Under the pieces are notes generated by a model. That model made no database searches. It saw only the letters and a program-made list of their open reading frames with translations, and was not told the origin of the DNA. Below, piece by piece: positions 28,519 through 39,931 of a stretch of 64,000 bases of DNA. Made by a program: the position numbers and the translations under genes. Each line of letters begins with the position of its first letter. Within the stretch, counting starts at the first letter, position 1. Source of the stretch: Leucoraja ocellata (lineage: Eukaryota); the NCBI GenBank assembly GCA_036785375.1, contig JAWMAR010000063.1, positions 6,386,001 to 6,450,000 of the forward strand, in the 5' to 3' direction.

Positions 28519-29612
28519 ACCACATAAAAGTGCAGCTACTAGAACTGATCAGATGCTGAGTATTCTGCAATGGGCAATTCAGTTACTGAACAATGTATAT
28601 TTATCACTCTAAATATGACTAGTGTTATGCTATGCAAAATGCTAGATGCAAGGCTTCTCAAACAAGAGTTCCCAAATCATCTACCACTGCCACCCAGGCT
28701 GATGCCAGCAAACATGCAAACACACCATTGCCCTTTTTACAATATTTTTTTCTTGCTGTCAGTTGTAATTCAATGGTGCTTTTATTGTCACATGTGCAAA
28801 GTGCATTATTATCAGATTATAAAAGCTAGTTCACCTACTTACTAGCTCATCTGAAATGTCATCCTAAACCTGCTATAACGGATCTCATGGTTCTATAATT
28901 CAATGCAAATAATTTATTAAAATTACACTAACCCAAGAAATATTTCTTAAGGTGACATTAGAAGTTAAACTGCCAAAAGACTGATTGAACAAAATAGTTC
29001 AAATTAATCGCAAGGAGTGTAGCTCCTACCTTTCCAACAAAGCAGATATAGGGATTTTATGGTAAAATGCACGGCAAACTTTCTTATCATCACTTTTTGT
29101 CATTCAGGACAGGTTAATACTAGGTTTACTTCCATTATCCTATAAGAGTGTATTTAAATAAACTAGACAGAGGCATATCATTCTTCAATGAAAGCAAGCT
29201 ACCAAAAAGACAAACATTAAACAATTTTACCAAAATTTGCACTGCTACAACCAAGTAAAATAGTCCAGCATGTCTGGACTTGGCCCATCATTGAAATTAG
29301 TCAGCAAATTAAATTGCAATTTATCAAAAAAAAGTGCACCCACTGACAAGGAATTTCTGAATATACATAACTCAGAAGCATTTCTATTAAGTTGGGACAA
29401 AGGTTTGTCAGTGACGGATCAATCAGAGAGGAGCATTATTGAAGATATTCATTGCCCAAATCATTTGATCCTCAGAATGTGAGGTGCACAATCAATTCAG
29501 CAATTCAGAGACATGCCAAAAGAGAAAAGAAATAAACACTACACAGAATCACACTTGTACATGCTCCCATGGCTATTTCCAGAAAAGAGCTGAAAAACCT
29601 CAGTTTATCTAC

Positions 29613-29983
29613 NNNNNNNNNNNNNNNNNNNNNNNNNNNNNNNNNNNNNNNNNNNNNNNNNNNNNNNNNNNNNNNNNNNNNNNNNNNNNNNNNNNNNNNN
29701 NNNNNNNNNNNNNNNNNNNNNNNNNNNNNNNNNNNNNNNNNNNNNNNNNNNNNNNNNNNNNNNNNNNNNNNNNNNNNNNNNNNNNNNNNNNNNNNNNNNN
29801 NNNNNNNNNNNNNNNNNNNNNNNNNNNNNNNNNNNNNNNNNNNNNNNNNNNNNNNNNNNNNNNNNNNNNNNNNNNNNNNNNNNNNNNNNNNNNNNNNNNN
29901 NNNNNNNNNNNNNNNNNNNNNNNNNNNNNNNNNNNNNNNNNNNNNNNNNNNNNNNNNNNNNNNNNNNNNNNNNNNNNNNNNNN
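29613..29983. other. Assembly gap (371 N)
   Basis: Run of N. Confidence 1.
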
Positions 29984-31310
29984 TACTCAGATCTTGAGAG
30001 TATAAGACTTTGGGATATAGGTGATGATTATTTTGTTATAAAATTCTGCAAAGAACTGAATGTTACATTGGAACCAGCACGCAGTGCAACAGATAATTGT
30101 TGCAAGATACCATAAAGAAGTGATCAGTGCAACCTTCACCTTATTTCATTGCATCCTTTTCGGAACACGAACTACAAGTAATACAGAGATTTGCATGTTC
30201 ATTTTGGAAAAACATTATCGGCCTGTTTTAGTCATACATCTTCACAAATGTGTTTGTTAAACCTCATGCTGCCAACTTACCCATTAGTCAATCACCGTAA
30301 ATGCTTCCATACAGAATTAATCATATATCATTAGTCAGCACCCTGTATTACCTTCGAGTATCACAACACAATTGCATCAGTTTTCCAAAATATTGCTGAT
30401 TTTTAACAATATAATTATTGTAGGTCTTTTACGACTGTAACATCATTGATTTTAATGACAACACAAGATGTCTTAAGTGAAAGAAGTCAGGATTAATTTT
30501 TGCTTTGGTTGGTGGAATCAATTACTTCAACAGCAGGCAGCCGAGATATTAACCTGCACCAATTCAGAATCTTCATAAAATATTGGTTAATTTACAAGAG
30601 TAGTATTGTTATCTGCTAACTTTTACATCTTCAGTTTAGAATCAAGCTAAAAGAAGCTAACATTGGCACGATCAGAAACTATGCTGTAATTAAAACCAGG
30701 TTTTGAATGAAAATTCAATGAATACATCTGTTTAAATTACTTAATTAGAAGTATTCACGTGAAATTATTATTTACCCTCATACTGCGCAGTGCCATTTGT
30801 TTTTTTTTCCACTATTTGCTGTTTATAAATATAGACAAACTGAAAAGCCTTGCATTTAAAGCGTAATGATGGATCTATCCTTAGTTTCGCTCACAGTTAC
30901 AATACGAACCTCAGATTGATAAAATGACCGATGACAGGTTCAACCAGTACATTTCGATGCCGGCTTCAGTCACCATGCCCCGCTAACCACTGGAAATGTA
31001 CTGAGTGGAGTTACAAGATTCCCTTCATTCCCCAAAGAACAGTCGCAACATCACTGCAGTTAAGTTACTGCAAGTGCAATTTCTGGGCTGGGAAACCAGA
31101 CTTTTGACGTAACGATCGCCTGTCTAATTAACTTTCTCTTTGTAGTAGGGCCGTTTACAAATATCGCAACTAGTTTGCTGTCCTATTGGCGGGAGTGGTG
31201 TGAACCTCTCCGGTGCTGTACTTAAATCTCGCCCTGATCCCCCCGCCGCGCATTTCAGGGCGTTTTCGAGCATCTTCCCCAGTGCTATGTGTCGAGACAG
31301 CGCTTCGTAC

Positions 31311-31329
31311 CTGGGGTTCCGATTTCCAT
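31311..31329 (-). CDS. AGO3: First coding exon of the next Argonaute paralog, probably AGO3 (ATG GAA ATC GGA ACC CCA G| = MEIGTPG)
   Basis: Lies in the CpG island downstream of AGO1 on the same strand, with donor CAG|gtacga. The peptide resembles the vertebrate AGO3 N-terminus (MEIGSAG), and the position fits the known AGO4-AGO1-AGO3 tandem order. Only 19 coding nt are visible. Confidence 0.8.
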
Positions 31330-31787
31330 TCATGGAGCCCCTTCCTACACGCACTCCTTAGTTTGCTTTGCAGCAACCTCTTGACGGACGGCAGCAGCCG
31401 GCGGCGGCGGTCGGTCGGTCGGTCGGCCGAGCCGGTGACAGGCGAAGCTGGGCTGGGAACAAGTGGCTTGTCTCCGCTGGCGCACCTCCTGAGCGGCGGG
31501 GCCTCGGCTCTCCTCTCGCTGCTGACGGCTGGGAAATGCCGATGAGGCCTCTGGCTTACGGGCGGGGACGATGGATGCGGCTGACTCGGCGGCGCTGGCT
31601 GCTCCCTTCACTTTCTCCACGTTCCGGCCCCGCTCACCATCTACTTTTCTCTCTCGCTCTCTCCCTCTCTCCGCCGCTTTCGTCTTCTTTTTTAATTCTC
31701 ACCTACGGCGACTAAGCGGAAACACCGTCATCCAACCGCCGGATATGACGAGACCCGGACTGATTCATAAACATTCCGGGCGAGGGG

Positions 31788-31799
31788 CGTGACGTCACG
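31788..31799. promoter_or_regulatory. Palindromic CRE/ATF site (CGTGACGTCACG) with neighbouring AP-1-like TGATTCA (31761-31767) and ETS-like CCGGAA (31774-31779, minus)
   Basis: Full TGACGTCA consensus inside a 12-bp perfect palindrome, upstream of the putative AGO3 leader. Confidence 0.6.
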
Positions 31800-32334
31800 A
31801 CGCCTGCGTAATATTCAGGAATTCGACGTTACGTAGGATGTTATTATAATGAGGTCAGGGCGAGGATCTGACATTGGCGACGAGGACGAAGTGGCGTTTA
31901 ATGGAGTCGAACCAGCGTGGATTGCAGGTTTGAATTCATACGAGCCGAGTGGGGAAGCGAGTGTGGTGAATGAATGTACGTTGGGAGGCATGGTTAGAGG
32001 AATTAGATGCCTACGCAGACAGACGGAGACTGTTATGCGATGGGGCAACGCTGGTGCAGCTCACACGACGGCGAGCATCGTTATTGTACAGTTCTGGAGC
32101 TCCAGTTCAGGGGACTTTCAGGACGCTTCCAGAGACAGAAGGCAAAGTGGATTATGCGATCGATGGCTGTTGATGCGTTGACGAAGCACTTTTGTGGTGC
32201 GAACAAATCTACTACATGTCAATGACATGTATTTCGCCAGACGACACAGGGAGGGCTGCAACAATGGAGCTGAGTTGAGGAATCATCAGTGATCAGGTTG
32301 TACAAAGTTGGATATCAAATGGCGTGAGACACAA

Positions 32335-32469
32335 TGTTTAAGAAGGAACTGCAGATGCTGGAATATCGAAGGTACACAAAAATGCTGGAGAAACTCAGCG
32401 GGTGCAGCAGCATCTATGGAGCGAAGGAAATAGGCAACGTTTCGGGCCTAACCCCTTCTTCAGACTCAA
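32335..32469 (-). mobile_element. ~135-bp solo PLE terminal element inserted in Gypsy gag
   Basis: Same family as 47459-47594. Flanked by the 13-bp direct repeat GCGTGAGACACAA (32322-32334 / 32470-32482). Confidence 0.85.
32436..32463 (-). ncRNA. Minimal hammerhead-like motif
   Basis: CUGAAGA-A-GGGGUUAGGCCC-GAAAC-GUU. Confidence 0.5.
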
Positions 32470-34904
32470 GCGTGAGACACAAGTTGCTGGAGAAAGGTGA
32501 CACGATAACATTAATGGAAACACCGCTTCATTTGAAGATGTGAAAACCCAGTTTCAGACCAGAGATTGGATGGTGGAAGCCACTTTAACAAGATGACCCT
32601 CTGACACTCGCAAGGGTCATTCCAAAGCTGAAGATGACTGAATGTTTTAGATGTGGGATTTTTTGACATTTTGGCAAGGATTCATGTTGTTCTGGCAAGG
32701 GTCAAACATGCAGAAAGTGTGGAAGAAAATACCATTTTGCAAGAAAGTGTCGAGCCCCAGGCAAACAAAGAGAGATCAGTTTATGCCATATTGATAAATG
32801 TGGCATAAATGTGAATGTAAATGTGACGAAACACAGATGGATGCATGATATGTTATTGCTATCAACAATAAGCACAGAATGTACTCAGTGATGATTGGAG
32901 GTTTGGATCCATTTGACCCAAGTGAGGAAACGAGTGTGGTGAGTGCACGTTGGGAGGCATGGTTAGAGGAATTAGATGCCTACGCAGGCAGCCTGGGACT
33001 GTTTGTCGATGGGGCAACGTCAGTGCAGCTCACACGCCGGTGAGCATTGTGATTGTATAGTTCTGGTGCTTCAGTTCAGGACACTTTCAGGACACCTCCA
33101 GAGACAGGAGGCAAAGTGGATTATGCAATGGCTTTTGATGCGTTGAAGAAGCACTATGTGGTGCAAACAAATACTACATTTCAATGTCATGTATTTTGCC
33201 AGATGACACGGGGGGGGGGGGGGGGGGGAAGCAATGCCCAGTTTGTCACAAGATTGCATCAATTTTCTGAGGACTGCAACTATGGTGCTGAACTGGAGAA
33301 TCAGAAGCAGCTGGGAATAGAGGTTTGAAACCATCAAAATATATACCATGATGATGAATGTCCATGTGAATGTAAATATGCCGAAACATGGATGGATGCA
33401 GGATATGCTTTTGTATTAAAAAATAAGCACGCAAAGATGCCAGTGATGATTGGATGTGTGGAAATAGACATTATAATACTCTGAAAGTGATAGCAATGTT
33501 ATCGATAGAGCACTGTGGGAAGTCTTAAAACTGAGCAAGATAAAATGCACTTTAAGGATGTGTAAGAAGAAATTGTATCCTTATACATGTCATCGAAAAC
33601 CACTCCAGACGATGTTTCAAGGTAAATGTCCAAGCTGGTGATAAGCACGCTTTGGCTGAATTTGTGATCATCAAGGAGTAATGAGAACCGCTCATGAGTA
33701 GAGAGATTTCCCAAGCATTCGGTGTGCTACACTTTGGGATAAATGTGAACTCACTGAAGTCATATGCAGACCTAAAGGGAAGCTCAGGTCAGTATAATTG
33801 GAAAATTGCATGATCGTCAGAACAAACTTGAGATAAACCCAGATGTTTAGCTTGTAGCACAACCAATGAGAAGAATCTCATTTGGGTGAAGCGAGAAGGT
33901 TGAGGCCAAGATCCAAGAACTAATTGAACAGGATATAATTGAGCATGTTGAAGAATCAATGCCATAGGTCAGTCCAATTATAGCAGTACCAAAACCAAAT
34001 GGAGAGACAAGACTTTGCGTGGACACGAGACAAACAAATGAGGCAATAATACGAGAGACACGCCATACCTACTGTCGATTAGGTCCTATAAGAGCTATCT
34101 TCAAGCAAAGTATTTTCTAAGCTAAACCTAAAGTTGTGTTATCATCAGTTGGACCCAGAGTCAAGGAAAATAACAACTTTTGACACACATTGTGGACTCT
34201 ACTGATATGAGGTTGTTGTTCGGAATCAATGGATCACCAGAGATTTACCAACATGAAATTCACAACGTAATTGAAGGCGTTCCTGGACAGCAAATGATAT
34301 CAACATTCACTGTACCACACGAGGAACAGACGCGGACAGACGCTAGCTTGGGCAAAGGCTGCAAGATTTACATTGATTTTGAGATATAAGCCTCACTGGT
34401 CCTTATTTATTGCCCCATTTTTGTCGAGTTGTTGGCCATTGACATTTCTCATGAACATCTAAACTTTGTATCAGTTCTATACTACAGACTGCTTAAGTCA
34501 TATGAGCCAACAATACCTAGTTATACAACAATCTACACACTACCTAAGTAAATGGAGAATCCTTCACACATCAAAATCTGCGAAGAGAATTACATCCTTA
34601 TCTTCCTTTCAACAATTTAAACCTTTTAAAATGCCAGGAACAGGCAAATGTTTTATTTGTCATAATAGCAGAATATAAATGCAGTTGACAAGAAATTAGA
34701 AAAAAATATATACTGTATTGCCTGAGTGTTAAATTAATACTTGCCAAAATTGTGAATTCAAGTTCATGAATTTTGTGTCACAGCATTACACATTTATCAT
34801 CATGTAAATAAAACTAGTCTTCAAGATATTTATAATTCAACCTATTAAAGTTTCTTATTAATTTAAACTACCAAGTAACCAGCCTGGTTAAATCAATTTG
34901 AAGA

Positions 34905-35175
34905 AAAAGTTTGAAGAAGTGTCCCGACCTAAAACATCACCTACCCATTTTCTCCAGAGATACTGCCTGACCCGCTGAGTTACTCCAGCATTTCGCGTCC
35001 ATCTTTGGATAAATCAGTTATTCGGTTCAATCATCATTGATTCAAACATCGGTCTGAAGAAGGTTCTCGACCCGAAACGATACACATTCCTTCTCTCCAG
35101 AGATACTGCCTGTCTCGCTGAATTACTCCAGCATTTTGTGTCTATCTTTGATTAAAACCAGCATCTTTCCTACAC
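34905..35175 (+). repeat. Two tandem degenerate PLE terminal repeats
   Basis: Two copies (starting ~34911 and ~35052) of (C)TGAAGAAG...CCAGAGATACTGCC...TACTCCAGCATTT. Confidence 0.7.
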
Positions 35176-35219
35176 ATATTCAGTTCAATCCATTTGTATC
35201 AGAACTGTTGCATTGTAGC

Positions 35220-37785
35220 TGGCAGACCCATTGCTTCTGCTTGTCTATGTCCCACTGAATTAATTTCCACATACCTCTACTCCATCCTATCCTCCCCAGA
35301 TCCAATTACCCTCTACCTATGTCCAAGACACCTCACACACTCTCTGTCTCTTCAATGACTTCCGTTTTCCAGGCTCCCACTCCCTCATCTTTACTATGGA
35401 TGACCAGTCACTCTACACCTCCATCCCCCACCAGGAAAGTCTTAAAGCCCTCAGTTTCTTCCTCGACTGCAGAACCAGCCAATTTCTGTCTGGACAATAT
35501 GTGCAGGATAGGCCATTCGGCCCTTCGTGTCAGCACCGCCATTGAATGTAATCATGGCTGATCATCGCCAATCAGTACCTCGTTCCTGCCTTCTCCCCAT
35601 ATCCCCTGACTCCACTATCTTTAAGAGCCCTACCAAGCTCTCTCTTGAAAGTATCCAGAGAACCGGCAGAGAAGCAGAGTTCCACAGACTCACAACTCTC
35701 CGTGTGAAAGTGTTTCCTCATCTCCGTTCTAAATGCCTTTCCCCTTATTCTTAAACTGGCCCTGGTTCTGGACTCCACCAACATCGGGAACATGTTTCCT
35801 GCCCCTAGCGTGTTCAAACCCTTAATAATCATATGTTTCAATAAGAAACACTCTCATCCTTCTAAATTCCAGAGTATACAAGCCCAACCGCTCCATTCTC
35901 TCAGCATATCACAGTCCTGCCATCCCGGTAATTAATCTTGTGAACCTACGCTGCACTTCCTCAATAGCAAGAATGTCTTCCACAAATTAGGTGAACAAAA
36001 CTGCATACAATACTCCAGGTGTGGTCTCACCAGGGCCCTGTACAACTGCAGAAGGATCTCTTTGCTCCTACACTCAACTACTCTTGTTATGAAGGCCAAC
36101 ATGTCATTCGCTTTCTTCACTTCCTGCTGTACCTGCATGCTTACTTTCATTGACTGATGAACAAGGGCCGCCAGATCCTGTTGTACTTCCCCTTTTCCCA
36201 ACTTGGTACCATTTAAATAATAATCTGCCTTCCTGTTTTTGCTACCAAAGTGGATAACCTCACATTTATCCACATTAATCTGCATTTGCCCACTCACCCA
36301 ACCTGTCCAAGTCACCCTGCATTCTCATAGCATCCTCCTCGCACTCACTGTCTACTAACACTCTCCTCCGCCCGGCAGAGCTGGTTCTTACCCTTGACAA
36401 CTTCTTCGACTCCTCCAACTTCCTCCAAATCCAAGGCATAGCTATGGGCACTCGCATTGGTCACAGTTTTGCCTGCCTCTTTGTAGGGTTCGTCGAACAC
36501 AGGTGTACACTGGCCCTATCCCCAAACTCTACCTCCGCTACATTTTCAACTGCATCGGCGCTACCTTCTGCACCCATGCAGAACTCAATTACTTCATCAA
36601 CTTCACGACTAATTTCCATCCTGCACTCAAATTCACTTGGTCCATCTCTGACATCTCACTACCATTTCTCGATCTCACTGTCTCCATCACAGGAGACAGA
36701 CTATTGACTGACATCTATTACAAACCCACTGACTCCCATAACTATCTACACTACACTTCTTGCCACCTTGATTCCTTCTATCCCTTGCTCCCATCTGTGC
36801 CCATGATGAGGATTTCGGAGATGTCCTCATTCTTTAGGGAACGGGGGTTCCCCCCTTCCATTATAGATGAGGCTCTCACTAGTGTCTCCTCGATATCCCG
36901 CAGCTCCGCTCTTGTTCCCCCTCCCCCTATTCATAACAAGGACAGAATCCCCCTTCTCAACTTCCACCCCATCAGCTGTCACATGCAGCATATAATCCTC
37001 CAACATTTTCACCACCTCCAACGGGATCCCACTACTGGCCACATCTTCCCATCTCCACCCCTTTCTGCTTCCGCAGAGACCGTTCCCTCCACAACTCCCT
37101 GGTCAACTTGTACTTTCCCACCCAAACCACCCCCTCCCCAGGTACTTTCCCCTGCAACTGCAGGAGATGCAACAGTGGAGTCCCTTTACCCCACCCCCTC
37201 GACAAATGTGGGGTCCCTTTACCCCACCTCCTTGACTCCAGCCAAGGATCACAACAGTCTTTTCAGGTGAGGCAGAGGATCACTTGTACCTCGTCCAACC
37301 TCATCTACTGTATCCACCGTTCCAGTTGTCAACTCTTGTATATCGGTGAGACCCAAGTGCAGGCTCAGTGATCGTTTCACTGAACACCTCCTCTCAGTCC
37401 GCCTTAACTTACCTGATCTCCCTGTTGCTCGGTACTTTACTTCCCCCTCCCATTCCCAATCTGACCTTTCTGTCCTGAGCCTCCTCCATTGTCAGAGTGA
37501 GGCCCAGCGCAAATTAGAGGAACAGCACCTCATATTTCACTTGGGTAACTTGCACCCCAACGGTATGAACATTGACTTCTCTGAATTCAAATAGCACTTG
37601 CGTTTCCCCTCTCTCCATCCCCTCCTTCCCAGTTCTCCCACCAATCTTAGTCTCCGATTACATTCTATCTCTGTCCCGCCCACTCCCCCGACAACAGTCT
37701 GAAGAAAAGTCTCGACTCGAAACATCACCCATTCCTTCTCTCCAGAGATGCTGCCTGTCTCGTTCAGTTACTCCAGCATTGTGTC
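35220..37785 (+). mobile_element. Penelope-like element, degenerate, interrupted by a CR1 insertion
   Basis: Same RT and GIY-YIG motifs as 4600-6577 (LPFLDL, DIYYKPTDSH, LIYCIHR..LYIGET). The PLE sequence resumes at 36354. Confidence 0.88.
35492..36347 (-). mobile_element. CR1 LINE nested in a PLE
   Basis: NVDKCEVIHFG and LVRPHLEYC; candidate TSD CTGTCT (35486-35491 / 36348-36353). Confidence 0.88.
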
Positions 37786-38828
37786 TACTCGCACTGTAGC
37801 TACACTTGTACGCTTATTTGATGGTGTGCTGATGAAATATGTACTTGCATATTTGCAGAAAGCAGATTTAAGGGTATAGTAAATAAATAAATTGACTGTA
37901 AACACAATTGCAATTAATAGGGTAATCTTTTTCACACAACATACTGTGGCTGTTTAATGCTTTCCAACACATGCGTTTGAGGTTGCCGTCAAGATTTTAT
38001 GATCACATTGCAAACTTTAAGAAACTTACATTAAATTGGTCCAGGAGTTTTCATCACAATAACATCGAGATCCATCAGAATGATTGGGTGAATGTTACCT
38101 TGAGAAAACTAGGTAATTTGAACGCATTTTGAACTCTTGGGAAGGCTCTTCATTTAAAAAAAATTCCAGGAACAAGTTGCAGAAAAGCTCTAATAAGACC
38201 ATAGCTCAGACCCTCTAGTCCTGGCAACACCCTCGTAAATCTTCTCTGTACCCTTTCCAGCTTGACAGCATCTTTCATACAACATGGTGCTCAGAACTGA
38301 ACACAATATTCTGAAGACTGAACACATTTGATATATATTGTGCATGGAGCTCGAATGTGTTGCAAGTACAGGAAAGAGATAGAAAACTTAGTGACATTGT
38401 GTTAGGATGATAACCTCAAGCTCAATGTCAGCAAGACAAAGCAGCTAGTTGTTGACTTCAGGAAGCATGGTGGAGTACATTCCCCAATCAACATCAATGA
38501 TACAGGTGTGGAAATGGTTCAGAGATACAAGTTCCATGGCGTTATTGCAAACGATCGGTCATGGACCTATCACATCGACATGGTAGCCAAGAAGGCATAC
38601 CGACGCCATTACTTCCTGAGGAGACCTTTCTCTGATGGGCCGAGCATCGAAAATGTGTCTAGAATTTAACTTTCGTGACTCATGTCTGGTATCTACTTGA
38701 AATTTGGCACAGATTTAGATAAAATATAATTGAGAAGGAATTCATAACTTGTCAGTGCCAAAATTTGCACACTAATTAATTAAGCTAATTAGAAAATTAG
38801 ATCGAAAAAGTAACAGTGCCATCTAGTG

Positions 38829-39082
38829 TTCAAGAAGGAACTGCAGATGCTGGATTCAATGTTCAATTCTCCCAATTTTGTTAGCCCTTGCTGTCTCCTC
38901 CCCTTCCTCAGCCCTCGGGCTGTCTCCTCCCATCCCCCAGCTCTCGGGCTCCTCCTCCTCCTTCCTTCCTTCTCCCCGCCACCCCTTATCAGTCTGAAGA
39001 AGGGTTTCGGCCCGAAACGTTACCTATTTCCTTCGCTCCATAGATGCTGCTGCACCCGCTGAGTTTCTCCAGAATTTTTTTA
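38829..39082 (+). mobile_element. Short PLE 3' fragment with inverted terminal segment
   Basis: Near-identical to 6375-6570. Begins with an inverted copy of the element end. Flanked by the direct repeat GCCATCTAGTG (38818-38828 / 39083-39093). Confidence 0.8.
38994..39021 (+). ncRNA. Minimal hammerhead-like motif
   Basis: CUGAAGA-A-GGGUUUCGGCCC-GAAAC-GUU. Confidence 0.55.
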
Positions 39083-39109
39083 GCCATCTAGTGCTCAATG
39101 CTCATATTA

Positions 39110-39870
39110 CTGGAGAAACTCAGCGGGTGCGGCAGCATCTATGGAGCGAAGGAAATAGGCAACATTTCGGGCCGAAACCCTTCTTCAGACTGATGTGGGG
39201 TGGGGGGGAGGTGGGAAGAAGAAAGGAAGAGCCAGAGGGCTAAGGGAGAGCTGGGAAGGGGAGGAGACAGCAAGGGCTACTGGAAATTGGAGTAGTCAAT
39301 GTTCAAGCCGCTGGTGTGCAGACTGCCCAAGCGGAATATGAGGTGCTGCTCACTCTGGCCATGGAGGAGACCCAGGGCAGAAAGGTCGGATTCGGAATGG
39401 GAGCGGGAGTTGAAGTGCTGAGCCACCGGGAGATCAGGTGGGTTAATGCGGACCGAGCGGAGGTGTTCGGCGGAACTATCGCCAAGGCTACGCTTGGTCT
39501 CACCGAGGTAGATCAGCTGACATCTAGAGCAGCGGATGCAATAGATGAGGTTGGAGGAGGTGCAGGTGAACCTCTGATGCACCTGGAACGACTGCTTGGG
39601 TCCTTGAATGTAGTCGAGTGGGGAGGTAAAGTGACAAGTGTAGCATCTCCCGCGGTTGCAAGGGAAAGTGCCTGGGGAGGGGGTGGTATGGGTGGGAAGG
39701 GAAGAATTGACCAGGGAGTTACGTAGCGAGCGGTCTTTGCGGAAAGCAGACGGGGGGGAGATGGGACGATGTGGCGAGTAGTGGGGTCACGTTGGAGGTG
39801 GCGAAAATGACGGAGGACTATTTGTTGTACGTGATGGCTAGTGGGGTGGAAGGTGAGGACCAGGGGCACC
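39110..39870 (-). mobile_element. Penelope-like element 3' part (GIY-YIG + pLTR)
   Basis: ORF 39277..39582 reads FTCTSSNLIYCIRCSRCQLIYLGETKR. Confidence 0.88.
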
Positions 39871-39931
39871 CCTCTTGCAAAGACAGGGTTCCCTACTCCC
39901 AATTCCTCTGTATCCACTGCATCTGCTCCCA

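Larger units (their letters stand above)
31100..32250. promoter_or_regulatory. CpG island / AGO3 promoter and GC-rich 5'UTR
   Basis: Abrupt CpG- and GC-rich block in an AT-rich, CpG-poor background. Includes GGC/GGTC microrepeats and a GA-rich tract at 31640-31700. Confidence 0.85.
31840..34360 (+). mobile_element. Decayed Ty3/Gypsy LTR retrotransposon (Mag-like): PBS, duplicated gag, two zinc knuckles, protease remnant, partial RT
   Basis: PBS TGGCGACGAGGA (31875-31886) follows ...ACA. Gag RWEAWLEELDAYA and AQFVTRL. Two CCHC-type knuckles at ~32643-32750. RT motifs VSPIIAVPKPNGETRLCVD and RLLFGINGSPEIYQ, with many stops. Confidence 0.85.

Noticed and set aside
29484-30005. ORFs of 142-173 aa
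   Set aside because: They are artefacts of reading through the N gap.
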